From Guillardia theta CCMP2712 (lineage: Eukaryota > Protista > Cryptophyta): DNA of 50,366 nt. Shown here piece after piece: positions 40,761 to 50,366 of this stretch. Each line of letters opens with the position of its first letter. Position 1 is the first letter of the stretch. The notes under the pieces are model-generated. The model saw only the letters and a list, made by a program, of their open reading frames with translations, searched no databases and was not told where the DNA came from. Where the stretch lies: NCBI RefSeq assembly GCF_000315625.1, contig NW_005434483.1:42569-92934 (forward strand), read 5' to 3'. The position numbers were made by a program, and so were the translations under genes.

Positions 40761-43700
40761 TTACAACCATGCTGGCTTCCTCTTACTCCTCTCGCTCCCA
40801 GTGCTCACTCCCTTCAGCTTAGGCTCGTCGATGTCGACTAGAGCATGCAAAGAGAACTCTCTCTTCTTTTCCAAGTCCATGAGCTGAGAGATACTCCCTT
40901 TCAACCCCCCCGGCTTCGTCGCCATTTCATCCGGCAACGCTGTCTTGCGCTCATCGTCACCTTCGTCTCCATCCCCGTGCTCTTCATCTGCTGCATTCCC
41001 CAACTCGGAGAGAGCTCTCGCTGGCTCTGCCGAGCTTTGCGGCTCTTCTTGCTGCTCCTCCTGCCTCTCGCCGGAGCTGCTCGGCTGCACGTTCAAGTCA
41101 TCGACCTGCTCCGAGTCCGAAGCGAGAGCAGAGGTGTACGAATCCTTGCGCTGCGGCATCGCTCGAAGCATGTCATTCTCTACTTGCAGGAACTGCAGTC
41201 GGTCTTGAACCTCCTTGAGGGTCTGCAGGAGCTCCTCCTTCTTCTTCTTCTCCTCTTCGACGGCAAACTTGAGCCGCTCCAGGTCATCCAGCATCTCATG
41301 CAGCTCCTCTTGAGCCACGGGCTCTTCCTCCTCTGAGGTCAGGTTCTGCGCCGAATCTCGAAGCGTCTGGGCGTGAGACAGGAGGGCGAGCAGCTCGTCT
41401 TCACTCAGTTCTTTCAGATCCTCTGCGCTCTCATACTTGAACTTATGCTCCATCGCGGCTTGTTGTACAAACGTTTCTTCATGGGCCTCCAGCATGGCCT
41501 CCAGCGTATCTCTGACTGACACCCATCGAACCATCGCCTCCATTTCCCTCAACTTCATCGCTCGCCGCAGGGTCTCAGCGTCAAGGCCGAGGATGCCGAC
41601 AGAGCCGACAGACATGCCGGCCTCTTCGGCGATCTCCGCGAGTTCATGCCCAGACTTCAACCCATAGGTGACCATCTTGGCGATGAGCTTCTCGTCCTCG
41701 GAAGAGTTTCCGATGAGAATCTCGCGGCAGGCTTCCTTCGAGGTGTTGGCATCTTGCATCTTGCGTTTAGTCGTCAGCAGGTTGAGCACGTTCACTTCAT
41801 GGAACTCGTCTTCTTCCCTCTCCTCCCGTCGACTCTCTTTCAGCTTCTTCATTCGCCACCGTTGAATCCACCCCTTGACAAGAGCCTGCAAGATGCTCTG
41901 CGCCACTTGCTCGCTGATCGCCAGGTCCCTCTTCTTGTTGATCACGCGGAATTGCCGAGGGACGAGGTCGTGCATGTCGGACCAGTAGATGGCTTTTTCT
42001 ATGAAGTCGTCGAATCGCACGTACCCTCGTTTTGTCTCACTGCGATTGCTCCTGACTTTGATCGAGTCCAATGAATCATGAAGATAGTTGAAAACCCTGA
42101 TCACAAGCAGTCAAGTGAGCAAGCCTTCCATGCAGGTCACCTGGTCTTGATTCTTCTCCAAAGAGGCTGCTTGCTGACATCCTTGCGTTCGTCCTGCCAT
42201 CCGTCAAGCAAAACCATCAAGACCAATGCAGTACCTGGTGTGATGTCCCCGTAGTCCTGTTTCTCAAGATATTTGAAGCTCTAAACACTGTAGTGATCAT
42301 GTAAACACCCTTTCCCACCTCCATCTGTTTGTCAGCGAGTTGTCTGAGGTCTTCTCGAATCTTCAAGCATCTCAAACGCCTATGCTTGACGCTGTTGTAG
42401 CCAAGAGGATCTCCTATTACCTTCAACAAAGATCCGATCCTCTCAAGTTGTACGAAGCCTTGAACATCAGGAGACGCATAGAGGTCCATCCACACGTAAG
42501 ACACTGCTTTGATGTCCTTGTCTTTCACAAGCTCTTCTTCCTTTTGAAGGCAATAGTTGAAATTGTTGAAGATGATGCCGAAGAAAAGATGGATCATAGA
42601 GTACTCACAGACCAGATTGTAGAGCATGAAGAAGACGTAAGAGAATATCGGATTTCCGCAATCAGAGTAATACTCCGTTGCACCATGATAATATACTGAT
42701 ATTCTTGGAGTGCAAGAAGGAAGGGACACAGTACAATCGTCCATGATGTCTTGCCATGGCGCTCCAAGTAAAATTTGTATCAAAGCAAAGAATGCATTCC
42801 CAAAGCCTGAGAAGTTCAAGCCCGGGCCCAACGTACTTCCAAAGCGAACATTACCGAGAAATTGATGTCCCAAGACCGCAAAGATGGAGGCGACAGCGAC
42901 GAAGACAACCATGACATTGAAGATCTGAGCCAAACTCATCGTAAGAGTGTCGAAAAGAACCCCGACCATCCTGATTTCTGAAGCAAAGGTGCTGATGACT
43001 CTGAAGAGGCGAATTACCCTCAGCAGCTGCGTCAGCGATCGCATCCACGGCAGTAAGATGTAGAATGCGATGGTTAGAATGATCATCAAGAAATCAAACA
43101 GAGTCGCAGAGTCTTTCAAACAATACTCAAGTCCGTATCCAAGCAAGTACAGGCTGAATTCAACGCACATGAAACCAAAGAAAACATCATTCTGCACAGC
43201 AATCAAGAAGGAAAAAAGTGGAGAAGCGTTGGAATGATCGGTCGCGATGAAGAGCACATTTATGCTTATACAGCAGATCGTAAAGATTCGGAACCAGTAA
43301 GTTTGAAGGATTCTCTGCAGACTAAGTGCAAGTGGATGGGATAATGGTTTCATTCTCCTTGTTGGCCAATTGTATCGAATCAATTTCTGGATTACCCCCC
43401 ACTTGAAGTCACTCTTACTTTTCCTTGCTGCCTCTGATCCCTCAAAGCCTAGGCAGATGAAAGCGATGATCAGCTGAAAGACGATGAAAGAGTTGACGGT
43501 GATAACAACCACTAGGAATGCTGAAGCCTCGACCTCGGAAAAGTTTGATACTGGTTGCAGGCCTCGCTTGTAGGCATTCTTGGCTAGTTTCCAAATGCTA
43601 GACCATTTCAACATGGAGATGCGGTACAAGGTGAGGCAGGAATGATGGAAGGAGTTGAAGTCATACGGAGGAGACGACCAGACCCTCGGAAGGGAAATAA

Positions 43701-46700
43701 ATTCCGGAGTCAAGAAGATACCGGTACACTCAACCTGTCCCTCCCCTTTCAATCCGTCAAGGCTCGTGTCATTGCAAGCGAAGAAGAGTTGACTGAACAA
43801 AGACATTCCAAACACTGCAAAAACCTGTAAAGCAGCAAGTCAAACAAGAGACATGACTTGCCTCATGAACTCACCATGCAGTTAACAAAGATGAGGATCA
43901 GGACGTATGTGATTGGTTTAGCTGAGTGCACCAGTGCATTTAGAATGTCTCGGATCCCCTCATTCCGCCCGACGATTCGCAGAAATCGAAAGATCCTGAC
44001 GATTCTGAATACCTTGGCAGTATTGCGCCCTAGGTATGCTCCCAGCCCCACAACGTCGAGAAACGATGCCACGGAGATGAGGAGATCAGCTCTGTTTGCA
44101 CTCGTTTGCCAGTAAGCGGGATGATGATTCCATCGTGGAATGAACATCCCATACGCCAATATCTTACACAAGGCCTCGAAAATAAACACAATGGTGCATG
44201 AGAGATCAGCATATTGTCGAAATTGCTTTTCAAATGTTGACTGATAGATGGTCAACGAAGAACTAGAATAAAGGAGGGCGCAGCTTATGAAAATGCAAAT
44301 CATCACCAATGCTTCCATCGCCATTGTGTTTGTGACAATCAGACATTGCTTGGAGAGTTTGTTGAAGAACCATTCCATGTCACGTGTGACCTTCCAATGC
44401 TGCGTCTCTAAACGTTGATGATAAAAACTCAATCTGCGCACAGATTTGGTAATCGTATCGAAATTCTTTCGTACGATTCCTGATGCATCAACATGGGAGA
44501 GGTTAGATTTTACTTTTCTTGCAGCACTGAAAAAGTGTGAATACACTTTTCGAGAGAACATTTCAAGTTTCGTACGCGTCTGAAGCCAAAATAATCCCCA
44601 TTGAAGCATTGGCTGTTTTGCATTGACGTATTTAATCAACTTGTCCTTCTCAATGCAGCCAACAACTGAAATTTCTTCGAACGCTAAGTTGATGATGTCT
44701 TCTGAGATCTTGTCTTCGCTAACACCAAAATGTTTTGAAAGGTATGCGATGGCTTGTTGGTTGTTGAAGATCAGATTCTCGCTGTCGTCCTTGTCTTGAT
44801 CAATCGACATGGACAGCGAGTCCAAAGAATAAAATTGAATCAAAACACTCAGAAACAAAGTGAATATGATGATTTGCCCTATGAAATAAGCAAATATGAA
44901 GAAGAGGGCAACCACCAAAGCGAACCCAACATCACATTCAGAGCTCAGTCCAGTGCAAACAAGGTACATTGAGTTGTACATCAAGTGAGTCCAGTTGTCA
45001 CCAGAGATGATATGAAAGAGCAACATGAAACCATTCCCAAATGTCGAAAAGTACGGTTCTGTCGCAGTTTCAAATCCCTGAAACACGGATCGTCCTAGAG
45101 TGATATACCCAAGAAAGAACATACCAGCAAATATGCAGACATTTCCAAACAAAGGAGCACAGTGAGCCGTGGTTTTTAGAATATGCCAGATGGAAACAAG
45201 AAGAAGGAGATGTGCGAGCCTGTAAAGTCGAAAGACAGCAGCATCCCTCAGAAAGCTTGTGTCATTCGCACTTAGCCCAAGGCTTTCAGCCAGAAATGAC
45301 ACGGTACATATCATCGTAATCAAGAATTCATAAATGTTCTCTCCGACCTCAAAGTGTCGATGCAGGGAACCGTCACATAGAACTTGCATGGTCCAGTTGC
45401 AAAGGAAGTATATAGCGAAGGCATTCTGGACAGCAACATCTAGGGATGCAAATCCAGAGTTGAAATACTGAGGAACAAAAAAAGCTATTGAATTCGCCAA
45501 GATAGATAAAGTAAGAACAAGGTGATATCCTCGTGAGCGGAAGAACACTGACAAGAATGCTTCGAGCGTGCGCTCCTCCTTCTCTTCTGATTTCTTGGCT
45601 ATTTCAATCATTTGAGCCACATTCCGATCATTCACTGGGGCTGCCACGACAGGCTCCTCATCGTCATCATCCTCTGGCTCAGAAAGCTGCTGCTCTCCTG
45701 CTGCAGCTCCGTCCTGTTGCTTCTCGGCAGCATAGGATGCTGGGAGCTCGGGGTGAATCTTGTGGGAGGTTGGAGGATGAGGTAATGGTCGGCTCTCTCG
45801 CATTTGAAGGAGGAACGTGGTCAGCGACGCGATAAAGATGTTCAATATGAACTGACGAAGAAAGACCATGACAGCCAACAAGTATACAAGGGAGATGATG
45901 GCTAGACCTGGCTCTGACTGATAGGTGGCCCACAGGATGGTTGAAGGGTCATCACGACAGAGTGTCTGAAATATCGACAGGAAGGCATCTACAAAACAGT
46001 TAGTATGAATTTTAGCCCAAAGTTCGAATCACATGGAATCATGTCATAGTTGACAAAACCAAACTGTGGGTTTCCAACGTAAAGACATGCTTGCATAGGC
46101 CCACAGTTGTTGTTGAGTCCCAACGAGGTCATTCCTTCATCTTCATATTGTTTGCACCATTGAGGGGGCCATCTGATTTGAAGCGTATCTGCCCAAACCT
46201 GAGAGTGCAATCGTCATAGACCAATGGTAGAGAGACAAGGGGAGAATTACACATCTCCGCTGAAAGGATAGACTATACAGGTTGATTCCAATTACTGCGA
46301 AGATTATGAAGGAGAAGATCAGCATGAAGCATAATATTAACGATGAAGAGATAAATTTTGTAAGTGCTTGAAAAATTACTTCCAATTCCATAAAAAATTC
46401 TAGTTTTGTCAAGGGCTTCAAAAGTCGGAACAGTCGAAAGGCACGAAATGAGAAAGAGATATCGAAGTACAGCGCAATGGTTTCGATTAGACAAGATACA
46501 GTTACAAAAAAGTCAATCTTGTTAAACGCATCGTAGCGGAAGTATGAGAATTTGCTTTCAAAGAAACCACTTGCTATTGATTTGATAGCAATCTCGAGCG
46601 AATAAAGGCCCACAAAACAGAAGCTTGTCCAGATAGGAAAAACAACTCTGCACTTAAGTTGAGTGCCTGAGCTGGTTTGACATCCAAGCACATGCTCTTG

Positions 46701-47250
46701 AAAATCTGGCATAAGCAACATGAAATGAAACAGTGTGACCGACATCCAGAAACATTCTGCCACATAGCTGGTAGAGATCAGAATGCATAGGCGCCGTGTG
46801 TTTGACTGAACTGTGCAGCCAAAGAGGTTCTTCTCTGGGAAATCTTGGTGCGTGAGTTTGATACAAGGCATGCACATAACCTCATGATGCTCCCTTGCGT
46901 CTCTCTCTGCCTGCTCGATCACCTTTCGTGCTCGTGTTGCAGCATCCAACGTGTCGTCGATGTTGATCACCCCCACTTTGTCGTTGTGCAGGAGCTTCTG
47001 ATCCACTTCCACCAATGTCTGGTAAAATGATGAGCATAGAACAACAAGACAAGTGAAAAATCACCGCAGCAGATCGCTGAAAGAAGTCATGAACCTAGAA
47101 AGAAAGGTGAGGTCACGCATACAAGAAGCGGCAACACACCTCCACGTCTCGCGTCTCTCCTTCACTCTCTTTGATTGAGTGCAGTGACGAGGTGGCTTCA
47201 TGTTGGCTTCTGAATCGATTGAGAGCCGTGAAGGCTCCCCATCGCACCAT
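40761..47250 (-). CDS. Four-domain voltage-gated cation channel alpha subunit (Nav/Cav superfamily) with IQ motif
   Basis: Four S4 segments (FRAFRLFRLLK, AAVFRLYRLAH, KVFRIVRIFRFLR, LLRVIRLFR), four P-loops, IQ-like ILQALVKGWIQRWR and a coiled-coil tail. The start at 47250 is reached via two small phase-0 exons. Confidence 0.92.
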
Positions 47251-47476
47251 CTTTCCTTTCTCACCCCACCGTCATCCCCGCATTATCACATGCTCAACCG
47301 CTATCCCTTGCCATCCCCCGCTACCCGAGCCTACCAGGCTCAAGACTGGTATGGGTAGGGTCAGGGGTAGGGTACAATTAGGACGGGTACTTTTAGAGGA
47401 CTTTTACATGGTGGGGTGGTAGAACTGTATATTGGTTAAGTGACACACTATGACCAATGGTGACCCAAAAATTTAC

Positions 47477-47900
47477 GGCGACCTTCTTCGCCTCAACGAA
47501 GAAGGTCGCCAGAGGATGTTTCTGGGCACGGAGAGATCTCGAGCAGTGAACGTCCAGGCTATGAGGAGAGAGCAGCGTCCGGGACATCGGCCTGCTGCTT
47601 GTTGCTTGATTGCCTGACCCTTAGGCTGCTTGTCTGAGCGGCTTCGCGCTTGGGCTGGCGGTGCCGCGTCTGGGTGCCAGCAGTGCTGGTTCTTTTCGGG
47701 CTTGTGTTTTGTGTGTGATTGTGCAGCTTCACCTTCTGCCAGTAAATCCATTGCCTCCGTTGCTGCACATCATCTCCAGACCTGCAAACGCCAATCCTCC
47801 AAGCTTCCCACGGCGAGGGGAGACGCGCATGACAAGAGGAGTCACATTGCGCTGCGCAGGGGGAGGAATGAAGTGCTCATGAGTCCTGCGTACGGTCATC
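47477..47900. mobile_element. Scrambled fragments of the same retroelement family as 49660-50330
   Basis: About 47591-47729 is an inverted near-identical copy of about 50178-50318. 47495-47518 is a direct copy of 49735-49758. A HHLQTC zinc-knuckle-like peptide is on the + strand at about 47765-47790. Confidence 0.7.
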
Positions 47901-49659
47901 AGGCATAGCAGCCGGGGCAGGTGGGATCGCCGCGCAATCTGCAGCCGGTGCAGGAGCCCTCACACGACGGTAGAGGATCGCTCCAGCATTATGAACCATT
48001 CCATTGGGTTCTCGACTGGATTTGTTTGTACCAGGCTAGCCTGTTTGTACCGAGGTATAATTGAGTTTTACCGGGTTCAAGGATTTTTGTATCAGGATCC
48101 CCTTTTCCCCTCCGTACTAAGTTTGTACTGTCAATGTCAGCAATTCCCGTGGGCTGGCAGAGCTCCCTCGACTATCACCTCTACACCACCCGTATGTTTC
48201 AGAAGAGATGAAGTCAGGGTAGGTAGTCTGAATTCAGGAGTGGGCGAGAATCATAAAAGTCTTGGGCATTCTGGTAGTGGAATTGACGCTGAAAAGCAAT
48301 CTCTTCGATTGCCGTTAGGATTCGAACGCGTGGTCAAACAGCACCCACCTGAGCTAGAGTCTTATACTCGAGGGGGGTGGCCGCGATGTGGGTTTGAATC
48401 GCCACGCCTTTGACCCCATTATTTCCACTCCAAACCTCCTTGTCGCGTAGGGTGGGTCACACTCTCGAGCGTTGCGAGTTTTACGGTTCGAATTTGACCA
48501 AGGTTCACCCTCTACCCCCCAGTCTCTGAATTTCAAATGGGAAAATGATGGGTAGGGGGTCCCCCCATTTGTCTCCACTCCAGCCCCCCCCTCCCTCGAC
48601 GAACAAGAGATGGTGAGATTGTCCCATTGACGCGCGTAAGGACGATAATGAACAATGTGAGACTTCGAATCCAACCATGCATTGATATGCAGGAAACGAA
48701 GATACGGTTACTTGTCTATTTGTGATGACTTGGTCTCTTCTGTGAAATTCATTGTCTCTTCTGTGAAATTCAAGAAGTAGCAAGAGATTTGAACTCAACA
48801 TCTCTTCCTCAACATAAAGCCAATGCAACATCTCTATCATTACCACGCTGCCTCAAATTGCACTAAAACCACTTAGATCACTTAGCTTAGGCCGAAGATG
48901 ATGTCAAAGCTGAGCAAAAAATTCAAATTCTTGCACAATGACGATTCATTCAAAATGTTCAAGTGTAATTTCAGAATGGACAGAAGATGGCATAGCAACA
49001 GCCGATCTCAGCATGTATTTTGAAACTGTGATGGTAAGCAAAAACATCATACGAAATAGTGTCTACCTTGTGTTTCTCTCTGTCTCATGGTCTACGGTAT
49101 CCTTCGTGGCACAAACCCATGTGGCCAGTGAGTTGCATCGGGAACACTGTAGATGTGCTGATTGGACAATGGCAGGTACATGATATGGTTGGCGATATTC
49201 AGAGTTTTAAGAAGATAATCGTTTGTATCAGATGCTTGCTTCAGACGTGTCGATATGAGATTCCTTTCTACGCTGATAATCACGGCAGTGAATCGTATCA
49301 TCGTGTTACTGCGGCATTGCCGATGATGTTGATGAAGCATGTTTCATGACAACCCGTGCAAATGCTTATTCTCTCTGCAAATCCTGTCTCGCAATTGCTC
49401 CAACCATGCAATTTCAGGAAAGTGTCTTGCACACTCCGAGATAGTATTGCATGTTTGACATCTAGGCTGTGATACCAGGGATCAAGCGATATATAGAGTA
49501 GGCAGAGGCTGTATCAGTCATGCAAACTTGAATCTGCGTAACAACAGTTTCTGAAGATTGTTTATTTGTTTATTTGCCAACAAATAAAAGATTCTTCACC
49601 ATGATGGTGATTACTGTGGTCCCTTGTATACAACAGCTCTGAAGCAGCACTGTCCTGGT

Positions 49660-50330
49660 AGTAGCGGCTCACAGAACACAAAGCACGCAAAGGACAGGAG
49701 GAACTTCGGGAGGCCGAAGTCGTGCGCCTCCGCAACGAAGAAGGTCGCCAGAGGATGCTTCTTGAGCAGTACGAGGGCTTGATGGCGGACGTGACGTTGG
49801 TCCACCCTTACATTGGTAGCTCTGCCGACCTGACCAATGACATAGGATTTACTGGCAGAAGGTAAAAAGTGCCTCAAGCAACCAAGTGGGGGGAGGTCAA
49901 CCTCGACGCCCTCCATGTTGCAGCGTCTGAGAAGATTCGCAAACATCGCGCTGCATATGCCATGACTACTCCTCCTCGAGCGTTCATCCCTCTTGCCATC
50001 TCGACGGACGGTACCCTGCATCCTGACACCCTCCGCATCTGGTATCTCGCGGACATCATTGCTCAGCGCTCAATGCCTCTTGAGGAGAGATATAGGATTT
50101 ACTGGCAGAAGGTAAAAAGTGCCTCAAGCAAAACAAAGCAGGAACAACCTAAGCCTCCAGGCACACAGTCCACAGCGAGAAGCTGCACAAACACACACAA
50201 AACACAAGCCCGAAAAGAACCAGCACTGCTGGCACCCAGACGCGGCACCGCCAGCCCAAGCGCGAAGCCGCGCAGACAAGCAGCCTAAGGGTCAAGCAAT
50301 CAAGCAACAAGCAGCAGGAGCATGCAGGAG
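49660..50330 (+). mobile_element. Degenerate 3' fragment of an RLE-type (CRE/R2-like) non-LTR retrotransposon
   Basis: LMADVTLVHP...LHVAASEKIRKHRAAY...AFIPLAISTDGTLHP matches the restriction-like endonuclease motifs DVTxxHP, E-K-x-x-K and FxPLAxxTxG. It is interrupted by an in-frame stop. Confidence 0.7.
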
Positions 50331-50366
50331 GAAGAAATCGGAGACATATGAACCAACTTCAGTGTA

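Noticed and set aside
48600-49600. Short ORFs in the AT-richer interval
   Set aside because: All are under 100 aa with no recognisable family.

Overview
Gene-dense, intron-rich eukaryotic nuclear DNA with mostly short introns, several GC-AG donors and two 100-N assembly gaps. Signal-peptide+Phe bipartite plastid-targeting leaders point to an alga with a red-derived secondary plastid, most likely a cryptophyte such as Guillardia (inference only). About 17 genes can be modelled: a UBA protein (partial), an Sfi1-repeat protein, a Ly6/three-finger-like GPI-type protein, an FKBP PPIase, a MORN-repeat protein, tri-ubiquitin, isovaleryl-CoA dehydrogenase, an intronless ornithine decarboxylase, a plastid VOC/glyoxalase-like protein, a plastid thioredoxin-like [2Fe-2S] ferredoxin, COG5, a hypothetical protein, an acidic protein with two hnRNP-Q AcD-like domains, an RNF5/RMA1-like E3 ligase, an ankyrin-BTB-beta-helix protein, an At5g03900-like plastid protein and a four-domain voltage-gated channel. 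Highlights are: (1) the channel's pore residues read D/D/K/A, close to the animal Nav DEKA filter; (2) a Ly6/uPAR-like surface protein that the ORF track does not show; (3) a 2.6-kb element with perfect 23-bp terminal inverted repeats and a 3-bp target-site duplication, carrying a non-transposase ORF; (4) recurring intergenic modules of palindrome-word-rich GC islands, AT-rich spacers and oriented GGGGTA/TACCCC clusters; (5) scrambled RLE-type retrotransposon remnants with templated-insertion and fold-back scars. All splice models and domain calls were made by eye.
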